This document shows positions 12,295 through 23,379 of a stretch of 64,000 nt of DNA, one piece after another. Both the position numbers and the translations under genes were made by a program. This stretch comes from Octopus sinensis. Lineage: Eukaryota. The stretch is taken from contig NC_042999.1 of NCBI RefSeq assembly GCF_006345805.1, positions 6,262,001-6,326,000 of the forward strand, written 5' to 3'. The notes beneath the pieces were generated by a model. The model did no database searches. It had not been told where the DNA came from and saw only the letters and a program-made list of their open reading frames with translations. Every line of letters begins with the position of its first letter. Within the stretch, counting starts at the first letter, position 1.

Positions 12295-12525
12295 CTACTT
12301 GAGAACAGTGGTCCCGGTGCGCGCACTCGCGTACTCGCGCATCCGCGCTAGCTAGTCATGACTAGTCGTTCCTTTGTGTTTTTGTGTTTTATTTACTTTG
12401 TGTAAAAAAATTATTTATTTTGTGTTTTATTTACTTTGCTAGGAGAGTCGTTGTAGGATCGACTAGTCACGACTAGCTAGCGTGGATGCGCGAGTGCGCG
12501 CACCGGGACCAGTATTCGCTAGTAG
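12295..12525. mobile_element. MITE with CTACTAG-type CG-rich TIRs
   Basis: TA|ctacttgagaacagtggtcccggtgcgcgc ... gcgcgcaccgggaccagtattcgctagtag|TA. Single ends at about 9330-9410 and 10488-10560. Confidence 0.8.
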
Positions 12526-12681
12526 TACTGGGGTGCTATAGGTCTGTATTTTCCAGAATATGTCCTGCATTCACAAGTCAAAATTTGAGTCTGGGAAGAA
12601 TTCTTAAAATTCTTCAAAAGTACCGAATTTCACATTAAAAAATGCAACACACAATACATATATACATAAACACACACACAC

Positions 12682-12787
<106 letters not shown>

Positions 12788-13275
12788 AACATCGAAGACC
12801 GAAAGTGTTTCCTTTGTCTGGTCTGATATGGCAACGTTTATCTAGGCACAATGGGCTTAAGAAAACACAAAATGAGACAAACATGGGTTCGTAAAGTAAT
12901 TTGGGTCATAGAATGAGGAAAGACATGATTTTATATGGAGAAAGTTGGTGTGATGTCTTTAACAGTCGTGTCTGTTTCATTCACTCTCCCCAGACACGAC
13001 AAGAAAAAAGTTAAAACATTATTTAATCGGTTACATTCTTAGATATTTCTGTAAACATATTTTTATCAAGATGAGAAGCTTAATCAATTCAGACAATTTA
13101 AACATGGGGAATATACTTGCCTTTTTTTAGTTAATAATCTTTTTGTTTACCTTTTTATATCCATTTTAAGCAGTGTTCTTTCTTTAATAATGTTTAGAAA
13201 AAGATCCCGCCACCTTCAAACGGAACCTGGACAAATTTCTTCAAGGGATATCCTATAGGCCACCAATATCTAGAT

Positions 13276-13476
13276 CAGTGGTTTTCAGTTAGGGTTCCGC
13301 CAGTACAGTCCAGGGGTTCCGCAAGAAGTTACAAAACTGCTAAAATCGGCAGTAATTTTTAATTCTCCTGTGCAGATATGTGTGCATAAGACTATTAAAT
13401 TATTGCACAGGGGTTCCTCGAGCCAGTGGAATGTTTCCTTGGGGTTCCGCTCCAGCAAAAAGGTTGAAAAGCACTG
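13276..13476. mobile_element. hAT (Charlie-like) MITE
   Basis: CAGTG...CACTG ends and a perfect 8-bp TSD ATCTAGAT, matching the Charlie NTCTAGAN target preference. Confidence 0.85.
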
Positions 13477-13844
13477 ATCTAGATCAAAAACTCCTTTGCT
13501 AGGTAAGCCACCGATTCCTCAGTTAACTACAACTCCCTACTTAAATGGGTCATGATACTACAAAACGATTTGGAGAATATCCCGTTAGGTTGTGCCATTA
13601 AGACACAACCAGGATCAATCTTAGATCGAAACATCTATAAATTAGTATTTGATTTATTACCAGACTGGAAATACAAGTAGCAACAGGTTATGATATTGGG
13701 ACTAATGTTGAGTATTTTTATAATCGGTGAAAGTTTTCATTCCGTCTGCGAAATAATCTGACGATGATGATAAACTATTTTTTTTGCTCTTACTTGTTTC
13801 AGTCTCTGGACTGAGGCCATGCTGGAGCATATTTGGAACCGTAC

Positions 13845-13912
13845 TACTAGGTAGCCGTGGATGATCTAATGTTGACAAATGCTCCGTTTTATAATAATGT
13901 AGTTGCCGTAGA
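13845..13912 (-). CDS. Unidentified minus-strand gene, internal exon: LRQLHYYKTEHLSTLDHPRLPS
   Basis: Acceptor ccctttcagtacag has two AGs 5 nt apart; the second keeps phase 2 with the upstream exon. Donor A|GTACGG, phase 2-1. Confidence 0.55.
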
Positions 13913-14429
13913 CTGTACTGAAAGGGATTACTTAAAATACATGTTCTTCTCCATCGTTAAATAAATTATAGAACACGCAGAAAGAGGCGGGAAGAGAGAG
14001 AGAGAGAGCACAGGTTTAGAAGAAATTCCTGCCGCATTTATGACACGATAACTTTGAGGGTACTTCTTCAATATTAAGGCGGCGAGCTGGCAGAATCGTT
14101 AGCACGCCGGGCGAAATGCGTAGCGGTGTTTCGTCTGTCGCTACGTTCTGGGTTCAAATTCCGCCGAGGTTGACTTTGCCTTCCATCCTTTCGGGATCGA
14201 TTAAAAAAGTACCAGTTACGCACTGGGGTCGATGTAATCGACTTAATACCTATGTCTGTCCTTGTTTAGCCCCTTGTGGGTAATAAAGAAATAGGTATTT
14301 CGTCTGCCGTTACGTTCTGAGTTCAAATTCCGCTGAGGTCGACTTTGCCTTTCATCCTTTCGGGGGCGATAAATTAAGTACCAGTGCTTACTTTTCACCA
14401 TTGTGGTTAAATTCATATCGATTTCCACC

Positions 14430-15542
14430 CTTTTAAAATGAGTTCAGACCAGGTTTATAACAGACATTACATGCTTCAAAAAGGTGCTCGGTTTCTTTAT
14501 TAGCTACAAGGGCCCAAACATAGAAGGGGACAAATAAGGACAGACAGGACCAGCAAGTGAAGTGACCAGAAACATTTGCTCTGTCTACTGGAATGAAACT
14601 TTGGCTATATACCAACAATGGTTTGGTCATTTTCACTCGGGGAAATATTTCTCTTGCAGATTCCACTCAATCTGGACGACCAAGTTCCGTCAATATTGAA
14701 CTTCGGTAAATTTTAGTTGAAGAAAATTCATAGCAAACTACATAAGAATTACTAAAACTGTTCAATTCATGTCACACTTTGATCGTAAAATATTTTCCTG
14801 AAATATGGAGCAACTAAACTTGGTCAGTGGGTCCCTCATTATCTCACTGCTTCTCATCTTAATCAAAGAGTTGCCCTCTGCTCCTCATTAAAGAATATAC
14901 TTGTTACCAAACCTTACCTGGATACGATTTTCACAAGTTATGAAAAGCGGGGTCTCGGTAAATATACCCATCGAAAATAATATGGTTTAGCACCCAATAA
15001 AAAGGAGAATCCATTTCCAAACAAGGATTACAGCTCGAAAAAGTTGCGCTTTCAGTTTGGTGGGATATGAAGGCTGTTGTCTTGTTGAACCAAAACAAAA
15101 CAGTTGAAGCAGGAAGTATTTGGTGTCCGTTGGAATCATTACAGAAAAACATCCATTATTGGTCTGTTGTACGATAATGTAAGATCACATATTGTCCAAG
15201 TCACTCAAGAAACGATTATAGAACTAAATATGGAAGGTTTATTTCATCTTCCTTACTCTCTTGGCCTTACTCACCCTTACTAATATTTTTTCGGATCATA
15301 GCAATGTTATTTAGAGGGAAAACAGTTTATCAATTGTGAAGAGGTTAAAAATGATATCGAGTGTTTCTTTGCTTTCAAACCAGAAGAATTTTGCGCTCGA
15401 AGAATCGACAACTTGCCAAATAAATAGGATTATGTTATCAATAATGAGGGGAAATCTTGGTTGAATATATCAATTAAGACCAAAGAAACATTTATCTCTT
15501 TCCTATTTTGAAACGCGACAGATCTTTCTTTTCAACCTAATA
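14430..15542 (+). mobile_element. Degenerate mariner transposon
   Basis: Remnants WVPHYL (14828), KKVALSVWWDM (about 15040-15070), YDNVRSH, HLPYSL; right TIR ..ttcaaccta|ata. Interrupted by a SINE tail near 14.5 kb. Confidence 0.8.
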
Positions 15543-15699
15543 TACATAAATATAAAGAGAGAGAGAGAGAGAGAGTGGGCCAAAAAGTAACCAAGGGCTT
15601 TCAGTATATATGTATACAAACACATGGCATGGATCTTTCCTGTTGCTGTCAGTTTTCTATTTTAAAATAGCAACAGAAAAGACCCATGCTCTATCTATT

Positions 15700-16211
15700 C
15701 TTTTCTTATTTATCAAAATTTCTTGACTTTTGGCGCACCTTGTGCTTACAAACAAAGCTGTCCTTATGGAAGCGAAACAACACCACTGAAAGCTGTTGAC
15801 TGTGTGATTAGACTACATAAAGGTGCTATGTCATTCCTCTCTCGGGAATGAGAGTATCTACACCTTGCTTAAGATTCTAACTGCAATACATTCTACAAAT
15901 CTATTGGTAAGAACTGAGATCTCTCCTACAGTCAACAGCGTAACAGCTTTTCTTGCAGCGAACCCCGAAACAGCCTCGTTTATACAAATACAAAAGCTAC
16001 ATAAACAAGAGCTGCAGATGAAAGAAAAATTACTGTCACCTACACCATTTCGTTGATGATCTTAAACTGTACTCAATATCCACGACAAGAAGAGACATTT
16101 AGATCTGGTCACAACACTTTCGTGGGACATAAGAATGGAATTTGGTCAGGATAAGTGGTATATTTGGGAATCAAACGAGACGACATATCTATATCTATCT
16201 ATCTATCTATC

Positions 16212-16257
<46 letters not shown>

Positions 16258-16990
16258 AAGGGACACAGAAAAAAACGAGAGAAAAAATGTGTGTAGTGGC
16301 TAACGATCTACATACATACATACAATACATACATACATACATACATACATACATACATACATACACACACACATACACACATAAAAGATTGTCGATCAGA
16401 CACGGAATATGAATACCAATGGCCTGTCTATTTCCCCTGTCATCAATGACAAATGTTTCAAATACCTTGGAATTGACAAGAATATTGAATATGTTGGTCT
16501 GTGACGAAAAAAATATTTCAGCCGATTTCAGAAAATATAAATATCAGAATTGTCTACATTCAATAAAACCTTATCCCATAATGCTTTCGCGGTGCCAGTG
16601 CTAGTATCAACATCTGAGATATCAAACTGGACTCTTGAAGAAATCTGCAACTAGGACATTAAGGCCAAGAAGACACTAACAACGACTGGTGACTTCTGTA
16701 CCCACAATGACACTGACGGAATCCATAAATGAACAGAAAGATGGAGGTAGAGGCACAAGATCAGTTCAGACAACCTTTGAGTGCTGCATCGTGTCACTTA
16801 GATAAAAAATTTCTGAAGAGTAAAGACAGAAACGAACATATACTCCAAGTGTATAGCTACTCTATAAGATCCAAAGATGGCTGGGCTGACCTAAATAAAC
16901 AAAGACGCAGGGGAGAGATATTCGCCATACACATAGAAAGTTCTGCATGGATACATATTCCACAAGCTAGAAAATACCAACAATAATGGT
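15700..16990 (+). mobile_element. Degenerate R4/Dong-like non-LTR retrotransposon RT fragment, split by a microsatellite at 16185-16400
   Basis: HLHHFVDDLKLYS (16037-16075), DIRMEFGQDK, FKYLGI, NKTLSHNAFAVPVL, GGRG motifs across frames. Confidence 0.7.
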
Positions 16991-17518
16991 TTCAAACTCT
17001 GGCACAAGGCCAATAATTTCGGAGGGGGAGTTAGTTGAAAGCATCGACCCCGAAAGGATGAAAGGCAAAGTCGACCTCGGTGGAATCTGAACTCAGAACA
17101 TAAAGATAAACGAAATGCCGCTAAACATTTTGCCTGGTGTGCTAACGATTCTGCCCTAAAAAATTTCAAGAATATTGGTCCGCCTGACTGGATCCCGTGT
17201 CGGTGGCACGTAAAAAGCACCATCCGAACGTGGCCGATGCTAGTACCCCGACTAGCTCTCGTGTCGGTGGCACGTAAAAAACACAATCCGAACGTGATCG
17301 ATGTCAGGGCCGCCTTACTTTAAATATAACAAAGAATTTAGTAAAATAACTTGGTTACCGTTAAGCTAGTGTTAGGAACATGAATTGTGACTCAGGTTTG
17401 GTGGAAAATCTTAATTCAAAACTTTTGAAAACAAGACATTTTTACTCAGAGCCAGAGCCGGTTTCAGCCGGGTTGGTATCGAAGAGTCATAGTAACTTTG
17501 GAAGACATTTAGATTTAC

Positions 17519-17665
17519 GTTTTGCAAGTCTTCATGTCAGATTTTACAGATTGGTAAGAGAGCATTCTAGGCATCGGTAACAGTGGCAGAAATGGTCCAT
17601 TCTTTCTCGAATGAAACACTTCATTCCTTTCAAAATCATGGTTTTGATGAGCAAATGAACAAAGA
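17519..17665 (-). CDS. Unidentified minus-strand gene, internal exon: LCSFAHQNHDFERNEVFHSRKNGPFLPLLPMPRMLSYQSVKSDMKTCK
   Basis: Acceptor ccttaatctttgtag, donor AC|GTAAAT, 147 nt, phase 2-2, open. Confidence 0.55.
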
Positions 17666-18027
17666 CTACAAAGATTAAGGCTATTTTTAAACAGATGGAC
17701 AATACCTTTAATTTAACGAAATAACTTTCACACAAAACAAATTTAAACTGAGAAAATCTTAAGATACGTTAAATAAGTTTAAGATAGGTTAAATACACAA
17801 ATTATTGAGAGAAGAAAAATAATATTTCTGTTTAATTAATCCCTCCCAATATTAGTTGATTAATCACAAAACCTTAATTTTTTAAATAACATTTTTATGC
17901 TTTTTGTTTTCAAGGCGTTAGAAAAGAAATAACCTTTTGAGAGGTTCGGTTCAAATATTTCTTATGAGTTTACAACGGATTAAAATTATTAAACAAAGGG
18001 TTAAAATCTTTAAAAAAAGAAACTTAC

Positions 18028-18160
18028 TTCAACAGAGTAAGTCCCTTCACCATTCTTTTTTCGTGTAATTGCCGTGCTTTGCGTATTTCAGAATTAGACA
18101 CCGTTATCATTTCGCATGGGACAGGGTCAACGGATGAAATAGTTTTTAGCGCCAAAAGGA
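18028..18160 (-). CDS. Unidentified minus-strand gene, most 5' exon found: LLALKTISSVDPVPCEMITVSNSEIRKARQLHEKRMVKGLTLL
   Basis: Acceptor cattttttccag, donor AA|GTAAGT, 133 nt, phase 1-2, open. Upstream exon(s) and start codon not located. Confidence 0.68.
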
Positions 18161-20096
18161 CTGGAAAAAATGAAATGTACAACTCATTTAAAAACTCTCA
18201 AAATGAAGAGACAACAGATCGATTTTGATACATTATATATAATCAAAATAAAGATTATGAATGTTTAGAATAAAATTTATGAATGATTTCAAATAAGAAC
18301 GAAACTTTAGAGATGAATTCCTTTTGATATGCCAAACAATGTTGGGTTTTTTTAACTTTCAGACTCAGATTATTGCATACAATATTTGTTATACACAACA
18401 ACAACAACAATAATAATAATAATAATAAATTCGAGGTTTAACTAAGACTTGACTTAGCTTTTTTTATTCTTTTACTTGTTTCAGTCATTTTTTTACTGTG
18501 GCCATGTTGGAGCACCGCCTTTCAGTCAAAGATATTGATCCTTGAACTTATTCTTTGTAAGCCTGGTAATATACTACCGGTCTCTTTTACGGAACTGCTA
18601 AGCTACAGGGACGAAAATACACCAACATCGGTTGTCAAGCGATGGTGGGGGGGGGGGGTGACAAACACAGACACACACATATGTATGTATACATACATAC
18701 ACACATACATACATAGACATACGACAGGCTTCTTTCAGTTTCCGCCTACCAAATCCACTCACAAGGCTTTTGTTGGCTCTAGGCTATAGTAGAATACACT
18801 TGCCCAAGGTGCCACGCAGTGGGATTGAACCCGGAACAATGTAGTTGGGAAGGAAGCTTCTTACCACGCAGCCACGGGATTTTAAATTTAAAAAAAAAAG
18901 TAAAAGAAACCAATGAGGAGATATCTGAATTTTGGCAAATATCTAATATCGATCTTTCAGATATTTCAAAATGAGAGAGAGAATAAACAAATAAAACCAA
19001 AAATGCTTTTTAAAAATTACACTGCACAATATTTATTGGGCGATGGATTCAATCAATAGTTATTTAATAGATACGGAAATTCCGTTTTCCAATACTAAAA
19101 ATAAATATTATACGTTATGTAGACTTTAAATTTGTACTTTTAGCAATTTTCTCTCAATGGCTCTCACATTCTCAGTAAAAGCAGCCATTTTGAACTGAGA
19201 TCAATGCTAGGCATATTAGCGATGTTCTCAACGATATAGCTTCTCAAAAGTAGACATATCTGATTTAATCAGAATTTTCTACGGTATCTTACTCCCTGTA
19301 AGCAATATCATTACGAACAACTATATTTTATATCCTTTCTACAATTCTCTACTCTATGTTTCTGCTCTGATCAGTATTTCCATTTTTTTTTTTGCACTTT
19401 GATCCTGAGGAGCGATCGATTCTCTTTCACCCAAAGATTTCCCATAAAACACGACAGCTCTGTACTTTTTAATGCTTACTATCCTTCGCTAGAACTGATT
19501 TGATCCGGCTGGTCTCCGTAGATTGTGTGTATTTGCCTTTGTTATTCCTATACCTCTCCCTTTCCAAAATAACTTCTTTTATTGAACTCAACTATTTCTT
19601 TCTATTTAACTCTCTCATATCGTCTCTGGTGAAGGAATATCCCTCATATCCCAGAAACAGCTGTAAGGCTACCTTTCTCTTTATGAATGTCCTAGAAATT
19701 TCACACTATCTTGGCTTTGTGGTCTCATTTTATTCAACATTTACACGCTCACACATGGCCCGCATTAGACTTCTCACTCATACTATTACTGAACCGGAAG
19801 TCTAACTACGGTCCTTACCTAGCACTTACATAGTCTTATCTGCCTTTTGGGTCTTCTGGATACTAAAACCTCTCATGTATCATGTGGTTGTTCAATAAGC
19901 TATTTAACGTCTAAATCGACGAATGAAATTGTCAATGGGTAGTTTAGTTTAATGGTAAAGCACTCAGCCGGAGTCTTGCGGGATGTGGATTCGAGTCCCA
20001 TGGTTGGTTGTTGACAAATTTTTCCGCCTTGTAATTTACTCATTATTTCTGCTGCAGGCAACATTGCCTTCGAAAATATCACACTGTTCGTATCGT

Positions 20097-20157
<61 letters not shown>

Positions 20158-20507
20158 AGATTAATCAGCCGAAATTGCGAGGATGATCCGGTTCTTGACT
20201 GAAGTTAAAAAGCTTCGAATAAACCGTCCTTTTTTTTTTTGTATCGTCTATCTGGATATTTTGTTGTCCCTTTTTGTATCACCAAGTTTTAAAATTTTTA
20301 ATCTTCGTATACTGGTATAAAACATCTTTTTCTCTTGGCTTTCCTGAGAAAATTCTGTAGTTTATAAGATATTTGTTGTTTATTTTCTTGCATTTCAGCA
20401 ATTTCAACCAATCAATGACGTCTATTGCCGGTCAAAGCGAAAAGATCCTCAAGTTGTCCGGATGTTATGCATTCTTGTCCCATTTTGTATTATATGTATA
20501 TATATAT

Positions 20508-21025
20508 ATCTTTATATATAAAACTGTAGTTGTGTGAGTGTCTGTCTCCTACGATTTAGATTTCTAACTACTCCCACATTTTGCAGTGCAGTTTAACCAA
20601 ATTCGGGTATCTTATAGTCGTGATTAATATCGAGCTGTCTGGCTATTAGCGCGCGTCTACGATGAGTCTACGATTTTAAAAATAATTTAACATCATTTTT
20701 TATTCCATTTTAATGCATAATTTTTCGTGTGTCGATGGCGGCGGAGTTGGCGTCCACGCTCAAACACCTGCACCTGTGTTTGCTTCTCCCCCTTCTTCCC
20801 TCCCTCGTGAAGCTGTGGGGAAGGGAGTGTAAGGAAATCAACGTCGTAAAGCGTTGTCAAGGAGACCAGCGTTCTTTTAGAACAACGACTTCATGGCTTG
20901 AAGACACCAAAACAGAAATGGCTAAGAAAGCCCGAATTGGCATCTATAAGGGAAGTAACTCTCTAAAAATGCTTATATAGTTATTTCCCTTACAAACCCG
21001 AGCAACGCCGGGCAATACTGCTAGT
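20508..21025 (-). mobile_element. Helentron/DINE-like element, second copy with a different interior
   Basis: Same termini as 38237-38635, but carries a GC-richer segment of about 230 bp (20725-20950). Confidence 0.55.
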
Positions 21026-21038
21026 ATATATATAAAGG

Positions 21039-21361
21039 AAGACGAAAACGGAGATTGTGAAGTTAATAAAAGTTCATTATCAACAACAAATCGATCATTA
21101 TCCCATACAGCTCTTTCTATTATGTAGAGTGAATTAATTAAATATTAAATTCGTATGACCTGAGCAGAATATCTTCTAATGAATCCATAAACACACATAT
21201 AAAACATCTAAAAGCATATATTTTTCCCCTCTGAAGATATCCTCAGAAATATGAACTTAATATTTAATAAATTCACTGAGTATATCTGAAACAGTTGTAA
21301 GGGATAACGATCGATTTGTTAATAATAAACTTTTATTGACTTCACAATCTCCATTTTCTTC
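21039..21361. repeat. Imperfect inverted repeat (about 75-bp arms) enclosing a hammerhead-like core
   Basis: gacgaaaacggagattgtgaag.. / ..cttcacaatctccattttcttc; CTGAAGA at 21231, GAAACAGTT at 21288. Confidence 0.75.
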
Positions 21362-21779
21362 TTTTTACTTTATATGAGTATAAACTACAGGCTTTTATAT
21401 ACATACCTATTATTTTAAGGAAATCAATCCCCCCAAATTGGGTATTGGATCAGTATTTCCTTGGATGACACCATCCGAATTATATATATGTCACCGTCAC
21501 CGACCAGGCTATCAGATGTTGCTACACATCGCTGATAACAATGCGCTTCGCATTGTTTTAGCCTTCAAATGACGCCACCCCACTCTGGCTAAGCGAGCAG
21601 GCCAAAAAAAAGAAAGAGTAAAAGAAAGTTGTGGTGAAAGAGTATAGCAGGGATTGCCACCATTCCCTGTCGGGGCCTCGTGGAGCTTTAGGTGTCTTCG
21701 CTCAATAAACACTCACAACGCCCGGTCTAGGAATCGAAACCGCGAGTCCGCTGCCCTAACCACTGGGCCCTTGCGCCTC

Positions 21780-21814
<35 letters not shown>

Positions 21815-21859
21815 GATGGACTTTCCCGTTGGTTTTAATGTATAAATGAGGAGGATCTG

Positions 21860-22075
21860 ACAACGTACACTTTCTTTGGCATCGTAATACTTATGTCGAA
21901 CGTGACATTTGAGTCCCACCAACGATTTACAAAGAAGCCCGCAAATGTTGCAAGCTTGAGGATTACGGGTCAATGCAGTGGGTATACTTGCAGCCGCTTT
22001 TCTACTTTGCCTTGCACCCCTATGCTTGTTAATGCTGGTTCAAATAAAGCCTTTTATACCATTTTGACACGATGA
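21860..22075 (-). mobile_element. RTE-type LINE 3' fragment with C-terminal C2H2-like knuckle
   Basis: RQSRKAAASIPTALTRNPQACNICGLLCKSLVGLKCHVRHK on the minus strand. Confidence 0.55.
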
Positions 22076-23379
22076 TCTCCATTTTGTTAACTCCAAGGCT
22101 GTTTATTCAAAGGTGTTTTACACACGCACACATGCACAACGTTCGAGACAAAGACTCTTTTCGTTTTTAAATGTTAAGCTAATGCAATATTTGTTAACCC
22201 TTGTCGCTCGTGTGTTGTCTTTTGTAGGTTATATTTCTGAGTATAAGCACTTTAGAGGAGGGGAAAATATGCCCTTAGATATTTTGTGTGGTAGTTTTTA
22301 GAATCATCACGGCAGACTGAATGATATTATTTATGGTTAGTAATGGTATATGTCTAGGTGAGGGGGGGGTCTACAGGTTTGTTGTGGGTAAGATATAATG
22401 TGCAAGTATAATCAGGGTAAATAAATAGAGCTTAAAGAGTAAATTACAATGTGAATAAGGTACAATATGAATGAGGTGAGAAATTAAATTACATTTGTAG
22501 GTTATATAAAAAACTGATAAAACCTATATATAAGAATACACGCATGGTCAAGATGACCTCCAATACGAAGGAGCCCCCAACACAAAGCTGCGTGTGTGTA
22601 TAAGAGAGTATGTATGTGCGTGTGAAAGAGGGCTGGTGGTCTGGACGGGTGTGTGTATGTATGTGTGGAGATGTGGGGATGGGTGTGTGGGTGGTGTGTT
22701 GTGATGTGATGTGTAATCTTATGGTGTAGTGTAGTGTGATGTGGGAAGGTGAGGAGGCGAGAGTGGGGAAAGCATAGGCGGGGTGTGGGTTCGGCTGGGG
22801 GTTGGGGTAGAGTGGGGGTTGTTGGTAGGTAGAGGGTGGACTTAGAATATACATATATATATATATATCTCATCATCATCATCGTTTAACGTCCGCTTTC
22901 CATGCTGGAATGGTTGGATTGAGGACTGGTGAGCCAGAAGGCTGCACCAGTCTCCAATCTGATCTGGCAAAGTTTCTACAGCTGGATGCCTTCCAACCAC
23001 TCCAAGAGTACAGTGGGTGCTTTTACGTGCCACTAGCACGAGGGCCAGTCAAGCAGTTCTGGCAACGACCATGTTCGTTGCCAGTCCGGCGGCACTGCCA
23101 ACGGCCACGCTCGAATGTTGCTTTTCACGTACCACCGGCACATGTGCCGGTAAGGCGACGCTGGCAATGATCACCTGGCAAAAATGAGTAGTACCTGTAT
23201 TTCAAAGGGCCAGCCCTGTCACACTCTGAGTCACGCTGAATCCCCTTGAGAAGTATGTAAAGGGGTACACGTGTCTGCTGCGGAGTGCCCAACCACTTGC
23301 ACATTAATCTCACGATCCGTTGATTGTATGAACTGGAGCCCTCATCGTCATAAACGAGGGCTTGTCAGTTCATATATAA

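Noticed and set aside
19150-19860. Possible very old RTE-like relic on the minus strand
   Set aside because: Motifs too degraded to support a call without an alignment tool.
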